Assembly (NCBI GenBank): GCA_963728565.1
Contig: CAVSLC010000010.1
Span: 224,001-288,000, forward strand
Reading direction: 5' to 3'
Length of the DNA stretch: 64,000 bases
Source of the DNA: an uncultured delta proteobacterium
Lineage (GTDB): Bacteria; Desulfobacterota; Binatia; UBA9968
Numbering within the stretch: position 1 is the first letter of the stretch; each line of letters begins with the position of its first letter. Of the stretch, positions 29,953-42,240 are shown in pieces. The notes beneath the pieces were generated by a model. That model made no database searches. It saw only the letters and a list, made by a program, of their open reading frames with translations, and had not been told where the DNA came from. The translations under genes were made by a program, and so were the position numbers.

Positions 29953-30453
29953 ATGAGAAAGCGATCGATGCCGCCATCTTCATTTCTATTTGGTTGATCT
30001 CGGGACAACCGGGTTTCGCGCAGGATTCCAAGCTCAGTGCGGAGGCAAAAAAAGAGGGCGGTAAGGTCGTGGTTTACAGCTCAATCGAGACGAGTATCGT
30101 CGAGAGTGTGGGGCGCGCTTTAAGAACAAGACCGGTATTGAATGGAATTTTGACGCGGGTCTTCGACGAAAGTCATGGATCGAGCGTTCAACGAGCACCG
30201 CGCCGGGAGGCCATTAGCCGACGTAGTAGTCACCATTGCCGGTCCGATCCTGGTCATGGAGCGCGAGGGCGTCTTTGCCAAGTATGACTCGCCCGGCGGC
30301 GGCCGCTTATTCGAAGGGTTGATCGATCCCAATGAGGTATCTATCCACCGCTACCGGACGCCGACAAAATTTCAGTTCCTCGGGACGGACGAGTTAGACA
30401 CCGAGGCTTACGCCGAAAAGAAGAAGGAGTCTCGGAGAATTTTTCTTCGGTAA
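29953..30453 (+). pseudogene. Fragmented, internally deleted extracellular solute-binding protein (iron/thiamine-type ABC SBP)
   Basis: AEAKKEGGKVVVYSSIE and KVMDRAFNEHRAGRPLADVV...AKYDSP in different frames, then a jump to a short C-terminus-like ...EKKKESRRIFLR*. Confidence 0.6.
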
Positions 30454-30591
30454 ACAGGAAGCGGACCCAGGTCAAGGAATTCTGCTGATCGATACAGGAA
30501 ACGGAAAAAGCAAACCGGTATGATTCCTATGGCGCGAATCGAAGATGCCGAAAAGTCTAGCCGAAAGTAACAGAACAATTTTGCGAACCAA

Positions 30592-31332
30592 TTAGCTCCG
30601 CAGCCACACACGCAGGCCGTCTACTTTTGTCTCGGCGTACCCGAGACCGCCAACGAAATTCGCATAAACGCCGATATGACCCGATTGAACCCGATCCAGG
30701 GGAAAAGGCCCGCCGGGCAGGTTCATTCCATTCCAATAGAGTTCAGCTTTGCCGTCGTATACTGCGATAGCGATTTTTTGCCAGCCGCTGCTTTGCGGCG
30801 CTCCCCCGGGGATCTCCTCTCCTCTCCAGCGCTTAAGATACTCCGGAAAGTGATTGGTTTCCCTTCCCACGTAAGCTAGCGATAGCGCCGGTTCCGCTCC
30901 CATAAACTGAGTAGCCAGGCGATAGAAGTTGCCTGAGACGGTATCGATACGAAAAGCGATGCCATTGAGTGGACCCTTCTCGCCACGAGTGACCTGAGCG
31001 TGAATCCACGCTTCTAGGTAGAAATCCGATAGCGAGTTTGTCGAGACATAAGAGAGTGCAGCGAAGCCGCCAGCATTCTTGTTATCCAACACACCGACCC
31101 CAGGCTCGCCTTCGGGTGATGTTTCATCGATGGTGCCTCGCAAATTGTCCTGATTAAAATTGGGATAGGGCAACCAATCGAGTTCAGGCGTGCCGTTCCT
31201 AAAACTGTCTCTAATCGAGGCTTCACCTGAGTGCATCGTATTCCGCCATGCCGCAATGGGCGTCAACGCCGCGCAGCTTAAGAGCAGTGGTAGCACAATC
31301 CAGATGACGCTCCGAAGCCGCCAAAGACTCAT
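30592..31332 (-). CDS. Hypothetical lipoprotein, possibly a concanavalin/LamG-like beta-sandwich
   Basis: Lipobox LLSC after a hydrophobic stretch; GIAFR..., GWQKIAI...G..ELYWNG, SGHIGVY. Confidence 0.7.
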   Translation of the reverse strand: MSLWRLRSVIWIVLPLLLSCAALTPIAAWRNTMHSGEASIRDSFRNGTPELDWLPYPNFNQDNLRGTIDETSPEGEPGVGVLDNKNAGGFAALSYVSTNSLSDFYLEAWIHAQVTRGEKGPLNGIAFRIDTVSGNFYRLATQFMGAEPALSLAYVGRETNHFPEYLKRWRGEEIPGGAPQSSGWQKIAIAVYDGKAELYWNGMNLPGGPFPLDRVQSGHIGVYANFVGGLGYAETKVDGLRVWLRS

Positions 31333-31656
31333 AGGTAAATATTGAAGAGCACGGGTGAACGCTTTGAACAAGTCAGATGACTACCTTATGCTTAGCCTGT
31401 CTGGAGCAGTCTGACAACTCGGGGAGCTACTTCATCCGTTTAGGATTAAATCCTCAGCATTAAAGCTTTTTGGCGCGCGTGGAAAATTGCCATTTTATCC
31501 AACGCCGCCGCTCTGGATTCTGGGTGCATCACTCTGCGTGAGGCTCGGCGCCCGTCCGGTGATCTCACAACGAGTATCCTCTGACATCGAAAGCCGGACG
31601 GGTTGTGTGGCGGCATAGTCAAACAGAGTGCCGATAGGACGACTGGTAAGAATCCG

Positions 31657-31901
31657 ATGTTCACAGAAGCAGTGGATAACTTTGTTGATAACTGAGGGAC
31701 GCCCGCCGGGACACGTCGTTCAGTACCGCTGCCGAGCGAATTGCCTTCGTAGTGGGCATCAAGACCAGTAATATTTCAGTAGCTTACGAACGTATTGGAT
31801 TATTGGGAAGTTCTCACGCCGACGTAATTTTTACCGTTTTTGGCAATCTTTGGCATGATTGGACAATACTTCCCTAAGCTGGCCATTGACACTTATCCAC
31901 A
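31657..31901. other. DnaA-box/IHF cluster, candidate replication origin
   Basis: TTATCCACA perfect (31893-31901); AGTGGATAA (31671-31679) and TGTTGATAA (31683-31691) with one mismatch; ATGTTCACA (31657-31665); IHF-like TTTCAGTAGCTTA (31774-31786); long non-coding gap. Confidence 0.6.
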
Positions 31902-32508
31902 TGGCTCTGTTGGCAATTCCTGATCGGAGTACATGCCGGTTAGCGACATTGCAAAGCCTACTCGGATGATCCAACGGCGCAGATTCAAAGTATCTAAAAA
32001 TCGCGGGTTAGATGTATGCACGGTTCTTGTCGTGTTCGATCGGATCACCGTCCGCCAGTGCTTTGGCGCTTTATGTAGCACACCTCGCGCGCAATTGGAC
32101 GATATCACGGCAAACAGCCGCGGCGATCCTTATCTATGATCGCGATAGCGGCCAGACAGGTCGAACGTGATCGCGATTGCGGATAAGCGCGAGCGTAACT
32201 GGGACCGTCGCGACCCCCGAACCCGCGAATGGGATCGTGACAGGACGCCGGCCGAATTGAAAAGGCAAAAACAAACGGCCCGGCTAGAAGAGTTCGGGCC
32301 CTCTATTTATCCCTTGGATTGATAGCAACAGAGTTTTTAGAACTTGGATCTAGAGTAGCTGGAAGTTCGCTGTCAAATACTTGATCCGCGATAGCAGGGA
32401 CCAGAACAATATTCATGATATAGAAGCCGTCACAGCCGAGCCTTCTGAACTCAGCACGAAAAACAGCGGCACGTAGTAGATGAAACTGAGGCCGTCCGCT
32501 GGATTTGG

Positions 32509-33108
32509 CTAATTAGATTTTTGCTTGATCCTTCTTATGAGCTCTTCAACCGATGAATTGACCACCACGCGATTAAATTGGGATCGGTAATTATTTACCA
32601 GACTGATGTTTTCCGCGACAACATCATATATCCTCCACTTGCCGCCTACTTGGTGGAGTCGGTAATCGACCGAATAGTTCTCCCGGTTTTTGCCGATTAC
32701 TCTTGTGTTCACCTCCGCATAGTTCTTGTCGATGGTCTCACCGACATACTCCACCTGCTGCCCCTCGTATAAGTCGATCTTGTCCGCATAGGTCGTCTCC
32801 AGAAGGTCCGTGAATGCAGTCACGAATTCTTTTTGCTGTTGAGGGCTAAGTCGCCGCCAGTGAGAACCTAAAGATCGCTTGGCCATCTCCTCGAAATCGA
32901 ATCGGGTGTAAACGATCTCGCGCAATTGGTCGATGACTTTAGCTCGATCCTTGCTACTGTCGAGTTTGGCGGATTTCAGGATCTGAACGCCTTTGTCGAC
33001 GGCCGTACGTATCTCCTCGGTGGGGGCTCCAGCCTGAAGTGGCAGAGCTCCATAAAACAGCAGCGCGAGTAAAGAAACAAAAAAGGTGAGTTTAATCCTT
33101 GTAAGCAT
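32509..33108 (-). CDS. mlaC: MlaC/Ttg2D phospholipid-binding periplasmic protein
   Basis: FDFEEMAKRSLGSHW, F..LLETTY, WRIYDVVAENISLVNNYRSQF. Confidence 0.9.
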   Translation of the reverse strand: MLTRIKLTFFVSLLALLFYGALPLQAGAPTEEIRTAVDKGVQILKSAKLDSSKDRAKVIDQLREIVYTRFDFEEMAKRSLGSHWRRLSPQQQKEFVTAFTDLLETTYADKIDLYEGQQVEYVGETIDKNYAEVNTRVIGKNRENYSVDYRLHQVGGKWRIYDVVAENISLVNNYRSQFNRVVVNSSVEELIRRIKQKSN

Positions 33109-34361
33109 GTGTGCTGATCGCCTTCCAGTGTTATTACCGAACGGAAGCCAATATGGAAGCTATATTATATTTGCGCGAAGATTGGGACAGCAGCCGGAAC
33201 ATTGGCGAACTCCGCTGCGCCCTTTTGAAAAAATCCAGAACAGGATCGTCATATGAGAGGCGAACCACCTGCGGCCGTGGTTGGATGCCATTTGCGTTCA
33301 TGTCTTCCTCTGCTAATAAAACTAGCATCAAATTTCACCAATGAATACACGGCAGGGTCGAGGTCAGCGTGCGAAAAAAGAGAGCTCGTTCCAACGGGAG
33401 TCGATTGACTCTGTAGATAAGAGAGACGGATAGGACGGCCGGAGAGCTTGGATAGCGACGAATGGATTTTTGAACGAGTTCTTTAGTTTCGGCTTCGATC
33501 TCTGAGGAAAATGGTGTTGCAGCAAAGAACCAATAAAACATTCCTAATCGGACTAGTCGGCGCCGCTGAAAGCTAATCCAGCTTGAAAAAACGGATGGTG
33601 GGAGGCCTCGCACGTTTCATGTCCAGGTCTCTCTGTCCGGCGATCTCCACACTCGCCGCCGCGAAATTGCCATCGGTTAGTATTTTAACCAGGCGGGTGA
33701 CACGTTCGAGTTCCAAACCCGGATTCGATTCGACTAAGATCAGCCGCTTCGCCTTTTGGCTGTGAGATCGCGTTTCGTAATAAGTGACTATGTAAATCAT
33801 TTAGCTGAGCGGCCCGATCTTCGAACTATTGAACAGATTTTAGGTTCAGAAATGTCGTCACACCGCAGATTTCGCCGGCACCTGAAGAAAGATCGAGCCC
33901 TGCCTTGAAGAATGCCTTCTAGGTTTCATCCAATCCATCCGGAGTTCTCCTTCTCAGCAGTTATAGCTCAATGAAACGCTTGCGTGCGGTGATGAAAGCT
34001 CGCGTGCAAAAAATTAGCCATCGCTGATCAGATCTGCCGACTATTGGCTAAAGAGATTGAAAATATTGCATTGCGACGCATTGGTATATTGATTGTCGGA
34101 TCAGAAAACGGGAATATTGCAGGTTTGGCAGCTATCGTAAGAGCCCAATTCTGTACGGCTGTAGGAACAGGCTGCTCTGGTTGCTAGGAAATCACTACAG
34201 GTAAGCTGAAGCAGTAAATCTATGCGCTCCCTAGCTTCCCGCTCAGAAGAGGCGCCTTGTTTAGCGCCTGTTTAGAAAATAAACCAACGCGGCTGAATCA
34301 ACACGCAGATGGTCTGGATAAAGCCGTTTGCTGCACGGCAGAACTTTTTTCTGTTATAAGA

Positions 34362-35090
34362 ATGCCCATGAGTACGGTTCAAGCGACTCTATGGCTTTAC
34401 GCGACGGCCTTGCGCCGCTCCTGGGAAAGTCTGCTCAAGAACTGGGTTGTGAGTTTTGCCCCGTGGGTTTACGCCGCCTTGCTGTCGATTGTAGCGTTAC
34501 TGGTTGCGCCGTTAGCCATCATCGGCGGTTTGATTCTGGGGTTGGCGACTCAGGCGTGTATTAGCTCGGGGCTATATTTGATCAAGAACATCGTCGAGAG
34601 CCGTCGCACCGATCTCAAGGACTTCGCCAATGGCTTTACGGTTTATCTGTGGGAATTACTTGGAATCGCCTTTATATTATGGATTCCAATGCGAGTTTTG
34701 GCGATGGCTCTCGCACCGACGCCGAATGGCGGCTTGATCTTCGCCTTGATTCAATTTGCCCTCTATATTTTATTGAACCCGGCTCCTGAGCTTATTTATC
34801 AGACCCGCTCTTCCGGACTCGGGCTCATTAGCGATAGTTATAATTTCATCGTAGAGAATTGGCTAGAATGGCTTTTGCCGAACATCGTTCTGACCATAGC
34901 CGGATACTTGATCCTTAACATCTTGAGCGCTATCACGACGGAACTACCCCACGTGGTGCAAATTTTTATCATCGCAGTTGGCATGGGTCTATGCCTCAGT
35001 TATTTCATGATCTTTCGAGGGTTTTTATTTGCCGAACTTCACGGCAGCACGCGCCGTAGTCGTGCTTATCGGTACAAGGCGCAGGGATAA
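34362..35090 (+). CDS. Conserved hypothetical membrane protein
   Basis: Several TM segments; LNPAPELIYQ, FIVENWLEWLLPN, FRGFLFAEL. Confidence 0.8.
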   Translation: MPMSTVQATLWLYATALRRSWESLLKNWVVSFAPWVYAALLSIVALLVAPLAIIGGLILGLATQACISSGLYLIKNIVESRRTDLKDFANGFTVYLWELLGIAFILWIPMRVLAMALAPTPNGGLIFALIQFALYILLNPAPELIYQTRSSGLGLISDSYNFIVENWLEWLLPNIVLTIAGYLILNILSAITTELPHVVQIFIIAVGMGLCLSYFMIFRGFLFAELHGSTRRSRAYRYKAQG

Positions 35091-35315
35091 CGCAGGCTGG
35101 GATTGCAACAGGTCGGGTCTCACGGTTAGTCTTTGCTTGTCCTGGATAATTTTTTTTGGTAACCGCGTTTTGGCATCCATCCACATTGCTCTTACATTGC
35201 TGAAACCGGCATAGTGCATCGTCTGCAGCTCTGCGCGCCAGGTTTGCGAGCCGTGGACTCGGAATCTTTTTTATGCGATCAGGTGCTCGGTATCGAAAAG
35301 GATTAAGCAATCTCA

Positions 35316-36582
35316 ATGAAAGTCACGGCAATAAAAGGATTTTCGGATATTCTGCCAGGTGAAGTTGAAATCTGGCAGCTGGTGGAAAACGACGCTCGCA
35401 AAATTTTTGCGGCGTATAACTTTGCCGAAATCCGAATTCCGATTGTGGAAAAAACCGAACTGTTTAGTCGGTCACTCGGCGAAACAACTGATATCGTGGA
35501 AAAAGAGATGTATACGTTCGCCGATCAAGACGCAAAAAGTTCGCTTTTGACATTACGCCCGGAGGGCACAGCAGGCGTGGTGCGAGCCTATGTGGAATCG
35601 GAGTTGTTCAAGACTGAGCCGGTGCAGAAACTGTATTATCTCGGACCGATGTTTCGCCGCGAGCGACCGCAAAAAGGTCGAATGCGTCAATTCCATCAGA
35701 TCGGCGCGGAAGTATTGGGTCGAGGCGATCCTCTTATTGATGCCGAAGTACTATTGCTTTTGAACGACTTCTTCTCCGCCACAGGCATTGAAAGCGCCGC
35801 GTTACAGCTCAATTCGCTGGGCTGCTCCGATTGCCGTCCGAAATACCGACAGCTGTTGTTGGCATTTCTGAGGGAGCGTGAGCAAGCGCTCTGCGCCAAC
35901 TGCCGGCGCCGGATGGAGCGCAATCCGCTTCGGGTATTGGACTGCAAGGAGCCTGGCTGTATTGAGCAGACCAAGAATGCTCCGTCAATTCTTGAATCGT
36001 TGTGCGATCCCTGCCGTCAACATTTCGAGATCGTTCAGCGGCTGCTGCGGCAGTCTGGCGTGCGATTATGATTTGAACCCCCGCATGGTGCGCGGCCTGG
36101 ATTATTATTGCCGGACTACTTTCGAGTGGACAAGCAATCAATTGGGCTCGCAGAGCGCCATTGCAGCCGGAGGCCGCTACGATGGTTTGGTCCAGGAACT
36201 CGGCGGTCCGGCGATTCCGGGGGTTGGCTTTGCAATGGGGATCGAGCGCTTGACCATGTTACTGCATTCGAAGAGAAGTTCGGCTGCCGTCGGCCCGGCA
36301 GTTTACACAGTCTGGGTAGGCGAGAATGCTCGCGATTGGGCTTTTCCTGTGGTGCATCGCCTGCGCCAGAAGGGATTATCCATCGAAATTGAGGGCGAGG
36401 TTAGAAGCCTCAAGAGCCAAATGAGACGGGCCGATAAGCTCAACGCGTCGGCGGTTCTCATCGTCGGCGACAATGAGCTTGATAGAGGAGTAGCTTTGCT
36501 CCGCGATATGGCCAGCAGGGAGCAAAGTGAGATAAGTTTGAATGATGTTGAGGGAGCGTTGCTGTCGAGGAAGGCTAGCTAA
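35316..36582 (+). CDS. hisS: Histidine--tRNA ligase (apparent extra base at ~36063, probably sequencing error)
   Basis: TDIVEKEMY, LRPEGTAG, RERPQKGRMRQFHQ in one frame; RMVRGLDYY, GGRYDGL, KSQMRRADK in the next. Confidence 0.93.
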
Positions 36583-38385
<1,803 letters not shown>

Positions 38386-38435
38386 CGCCGATCCAAGTGA
38401 TTGTTCAATATTGACATCGAAGGTAACGAATCAAC

Positions 38436-39065
38436 ATGCTCAAGATTATTGCAATTGCTCTTACACTTCTCTCCGGCTGCAGTTTCGGATCTGGAAACCT
38501 GCAAAGTAAGCGCTCCCTCGATTTAGAATCGCGTCGGATCAGGCGTATCGCTGTGCTTCCACCTGAAACGTCCGGTGCGGCGGAACAGGCGCAATCGCAA
38601 CATAACAATCCTCCTGAAATGCTCGCCAAACAGCTCTACTCGGCAATGGCCTCCTTGCCCAACTGGCAGATTGTCGCTGAAAGCGAGGTTAAGCAGGTCG
38701 AGCAAATGAAGCCGTCAACCACGGATGCGGCGCGTCTGCGACAAATCGGCGAGATGGTTTTTGCCGATGCCGTTATGGTCGGAAGGGTACAACGGTTTCG
38801 GGAGCGCGTCGGCGATGATTGGGGAGTCAAGAGCCCCGCGTCGGTAGCCTTCGTCCTGGATCTTATCGACGTTCGGCGCGGCGACGTGATCTGGTCGGCG
38901 CGATTCGATGAAACCCAGAAGCCTCTAAGCGAAAACATCTTTGGCTTGGGTGATATCAGCCAGCGCGGTGTTCGATGGTTGAGCGCAGAACAGCTTATGA
39001 TGGATGGCGTAAAAAAAGCGGTGGGGCAATTACATCAGATTCTGGCGCGTTCGGCTTCCTCGTGA
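38436..39065 (+). CDS. Lipoprotein (CsgG/LpoB-like fold possible)
   Basis: Lipobox LSGC; RRIAVLPP, ADAVMVGRV, G.VIWS. Confidence 0.75.
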   Translation: MLKIIAIALTLLSGCSFGSGNLQSKRSLDLESRRIRRIAVLPPETSGAAEQAQSQHNNPPEMLAKQLYSAMASLPNWQIVAESEVKQVEQMKPSTTDAARLRQIGEMVFADAVMVGRVQRFRERVGDDWGVKSPASVAFVLDLIDVRRGDVIWSARFDETQKPLSENIFGLGDISQRGVRWLSAEQLMMDGVKKAVGQLHQILARSASS

Positions 39066-39679
39066 GATTTCACTGCCCCGGTTTTCTCGAGTTCTAATCG
39101 TGCATCGATCTGCAAAGGCTTCTCCAATCGCTCGCCGATTTGCCTCCCGAGTTCTCTCAATCTTGCGCGGCTGCCACGGTCCAACAGTACGCTGTCACCG
39201 TTAACCAGGAACAAGCGCAGCGACGGAACGGGAAATTGTTGCGCCGCTGAGGACCCAGCTACGGCGAAGCCGTTGTACACCTGGTCGACGCCGAGATTGA
39301 TTCGTTCAATTTCCGAATAGCTGGCCGACAGCAATGATCGATTGAACAGGCTCTGGTTCGTCAGAACGATCTTCTGTCCGTCATGATCGAACAAGATGGT
39401 TCTCTTCAATGTCAGCAAGTAGCAAGCGATGCCGAAAAGGATCATGTTCATGACCGGGAAATACCACAGCGACGCTGCCGGACCGACGAAGCCGCGCAGG
39501 CGAATGGCCCCAACGATCGGCACGGAAATGAACAGCAAGAGAATGGCAATACTCAAACAGAGATAAGCGGGAAATCTTGGGCCGCGCCAGATTAGTCGCA
39601 AACGTTGACTATTGTTTTCAGCGATGTTGAAACCTAGACGGTTCCCGATGGCGTCGAAACTCGCAGGGTTACCTTGCAT
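39035..39679 (-). CDS. Hypothetical membrane protein
   Basis: 214-aa ORF with two TM segments filling the gap downstream of cofH. Confidence 0.7.
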   Translation of the reverse strand: MQGNPASFDAIGNRLGFNIAENNSQRLRLIWRGPRFPAYLCLSIAILLLFISVPIVGAIRLRGFVGPAASLWYFPVMNMILFGIACYLLTLKRTILFDHDGQKIVLTNQSLFNRSLLSASYSEIERINLGVDQVYNGFAVAGSSAAQQFPVPSLRLFLVNGDSVLLDRGSRARLRELGRQIGERLEKPLQIDARLELEKTGAVKSHEEAERARI

Positions 39680-39723
39680 ACCAGCGGGGGCTTTTAGAAA
39701 GTGTTGGATGGGCGATGAAATGT

Positions 39724-41016
39724 TTAATGCTTGTTTTTTTGTTCGCTATAGAACTCTCTGAAGCGAAAGTTTTTTAAAGCAATCAGGTTTCGATAAGAGC
39801 CGAAACGTTCTGACGGGTCGTTCACTTGATCGAGCAGATCGACAGAACCCTTCTCCGTCTCAAATACCCGGATGTCCGTATAAGTGGTCGACCGTTCAGC
39901 GGGTATGCGCCCCATTTGGCGGATCAAACCCCGGAACTGTGAGGGCTTCATCAGTTGCCCGTAGCTCGCGCCGGCGGCGGTCGAAATGCTTTCATTGATC
40001 AGCGTGCCGCCGAAATCATTAGCGCCTGCCAGCAAAGCAATCTGCGATAGCTTCGGGCCTTCTTTGACCCAAGAGACTTGTAAGTTGGGTATCCACTTAT
40101 TCAGCATCAATCGAGATACCGCGTACATTTTCATGACTTCGGAGCCGGTGGCGCCAGTACGAAGGCCGGCGATCTTGTTCCGGCGAGAGATCGGCGCCTC
40201 CTCATAAACAAAGCTCAGCGGCACAAATTCGGTAATCCCGCCGGTTTGTTTTTGGATATCGCGGAGGATGACGAGGTGCGCGGCCTTATGCTGGGCTGTT
40301 TCCAAATGCCCATACATGATCGTCGAGGTGGTTGGGATTCCCAGTTCGTGAGCGGCCTGAATCAGCTCAATCCATTGCGCAGTCGTGATTCGCCCGGGAG
40401 ATAGTTGCTGGCGAACTTCGTCAACTAAAATTTCCGCGGAGGTGCCGGGCAGGCTTCCCACTCCCGCATCTTTCAGGGCTTTCAAATAGTCGCGAATGGA
40501 GAGACCCGAAAGAGTCGATCCGTACAACACCTCTTCCGGAGAAAACCCGTGAATATGGATATCGGGCAAAGCCTCTTTTAGCGCGCGACACAGCTTTATG
40601 TAGTGCCAGCCATCGATTCCGGGCGCTAAACCAGCCTGCACACAGATCTCCGTAGCGCCCAACTCTCGCGCTTCCTGGCCGCGTCGAATGATTTCTTCAA
40701 CCGGCAGGAAATAGCCCTCTTCGGCTAAATGACCGCGGCTAAAGGCGCAGAAACCGCATGCTTTGACGCACACGTTAGTGAAGTTGATATTGCGATTAAC
40801 CACATAGGTGACGACATCGCCGACTGTTTCAGCGCGCAGATGATTGGCTGCCAAGATCATAGCCGGGAGGTCGGCGCCGTCCGCCTCAAACAGCCGAGTT
40901 GCTTCTTCGGCAGAAATGTCCGCGCCGGAGAGCGCGCGATCGAGTATGTCTCCAATGACCGGGTTGACCATCGACATGACCCGATCAAGAGACTCCTGTA
41001 GGTGTGGAAAATTCAT
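39724..41016 (-). CDS. cofH: FO synthase subunit CofH (radical SAM)
   Basis: VTYVVNRNINFTNVCVKACGFCAF, PGTSAEIL, GANDFGGTLINESISTAAGA; the MqnC/MqnE paralogues fit less well. Confidence 0.82.
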   Translation of the reverse strand: MNFPHLQESLDRVMSMVNPVIGDILDRALSGADISAEEATRLFEADGADLPAMILAANHLRAETVGDVVTYVVNRNINFTNVCVKACGFCAFSRGHLAEEGYFLPVEEIIRRGQEARELGATEICVQAGLAPGIDGWHYIKLCRALKEALPDIHIHGFSPEEVLYGSTLSGLSIRDYLKALKDAGVGSLPGTSAEILVDEVRQQLSPGRITTAQWIELIQAAHELGIPTTSTIMYGHLETAQHKAAHLVILRDIQKQTGGITEFVPLSFVYEEAPISRRNKIAGLRTGATGSEVMKMYAVSRLMLNKWIPNLQVSWVKEGPKLSQIALLAGANDFGGTLINESISTAAGASYGQLMKPSQFRGLIRQMGRIPAERSTTYTDIRVFETEKGSVDLLDQVNDPSERFGSYRNLIALKNFRFREFYSEQKNKH

Positions 41017-41072
41017 GGCGCGACTCTATCCTTTCACTTTTTCAAAGACAATCAATCGAGTTCCACCCGCAG

Positions 41073-41606
41073 CTATTTGCCAAGCCAGTAGCGGGCAAAT
41101 TCGGTGATAAAACTGAGGGTCGATAAGTCCGCCATGCGGTCGAGGTAAACTTTACCATTCAGGTGATCCCACTCATGCTGAACCACGCGGGCATGAAACC
41201 CGCTGGCGACAAAATCCAAGGGCGCGCCGTTTAGGTCCAAGGCTTGGACTCTGATGGATTTGTAGCGCGGCACTTTACCTCGCATATCAGGAATGCTGAG
41301 GCACCCTTCCCAATCGTCTTCAAACTCTTCCGTAAGCGGTGTGATGATGGGATTGATCAGCACGGTCAACGGCACCAGAGGTTTTCCGGGATAACGCGGG
41401 TTGTCGGCGACTTCAAGGACGGCGATCTGTTTCGAGACATGAACCTGATCGGCGGCTAGACCGACGCCGTCGTATTCCTTCATGGTTTCGATCATATCAC
41501 TGACAAACTGACGAGTGGCATCGGACCGGAGTTCTTTTTCCGAAATCGGTTCGGCTACTTTACGTAAGATCGGATGGCCGAGGCGCGCAACTTTAAGGAT
41601 CGACAT
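41073..41606 (-). CDS. def: Peptide deformylase
   Basis: GVGLAA, EGCLS, QHEWDHL; start MSILKVARLGHP. Confidence 0.95.
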   Translation of the reverse strand: MSILKVARLGHPILRKVAEPISEKELRSDATRQFVSDMIETMKEYDGVGLAADQVHVSKQIAVLEVADNPRYPGKPLVPLTVLINPIITPLTEEFEDDWEGCLSIPDMRGKVPRYKSIRVQALDLNGAPLDFVASGFHARVVQHEWDHLNGKVYLDRMADLSTLSFITEFARYWLGK

Positions 41607-41688
41607 AAATTCTAACGAGATCTCATAGCATAGAGGTGCGGTGCGCGGAAGCGTGTCAATCACCGAACAAATCAACGAGTGCGCTATC

Positions 41689-41718
41689 TTGACATAAAAG
41701 ACCTAAGGAGTCTATATT
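41689..41718 (+). promoter_or_regulatory. Sigma-70 promoter overlapped by an IscR/Rrf2-type operator
   Basis: TTGACA (41689-41694)-N18-TATATT (41713-41718); ATAAAAGAC-N7-GTCTATATT dyad at 41694-41718. Confidence 0.7.
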
Positions 41719-41728
41719 CAGATAGCAC

Positions 41729-42220
41729 ATGAAGAAACCCAGGGCGAGAAGCGAACGCAGTTCGTTGATGAACGTCGGACGACGCGTGGATTACGCGGTT
41801 CGCGCCCTCGCCTATCTGGCGGGGCAGCCTTCCGGCAAGATCGTCAGCCGGGCAGATATCGAAAAGAGCCAGGATATTCCGTCTTTTTATCTTTCAAAGA
41901 TCATGAAGGATCTCGTCGCTGGGGGACTGGTCTCTTCGCACATCGGATCCAAGGGCGGCTTCACGCTGGCGAAAGCGCCGAACACAATCAGCATCAAAAA
42001 TGTCTACGAAGTTGTTGAGCGACCCTTAGTCCTGATGGAATGCTTGGAAAAGGGCGCCGACTACTGCTCGTATTGTTCGGTGTGCTCGCAAAAATCGATT
42101 TGGGAAGAAGCCCAGGCGATACTGGCTAAGTTTCTTGGCGGAGTTTCGATTCGCGAGATCGCCGACAGGCACGGCCTCAAGGAGCGCTTGGAAAAAGCAG
42201 CCATCCAGAGAGTTGGCTAA
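41729..42220 (+). CDS. Rrf2-family (IscR/SufR-like) transcriptional regulator
   Basis: [28 protein letters not shown]; Cys cluster [16 protein letters not shown]. Confidence 0.92.
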   Translation: MKKPRARSERSSLMNVGRRVDYAVRALAYLAGQPSGKIVSRADIEKSQDIPSFYLSKIMKDLVAGGLVSSHIGSKGGFTLAKAPNTISIKNVYEVVERPLVLMECLEKGADYCSYCSVCSQKSIWEEAQAILAKFLGGVSIREIADRHGLKERLEKAAIQRVG

Positions 42221-42240
42221 TTTGGCTTGGAAGGAATTCA

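Noticed and set aside
31841-31856. Sigma-54 promoter (TGGCAATCTTTGGCA)
   Set aside because: GG-to-GC spacing is one base short of the -24/-12 consensus
34257-34285. Possible IS end (agcgcctgtttagaaaata)
   Set aside because: No matching second inverted repeat or transposase found
36050-36075. Programmed frameshift in hisS
   Set aside because: No slippery heptamer or stimulator; similar indels in several essential genes favour sequencing error
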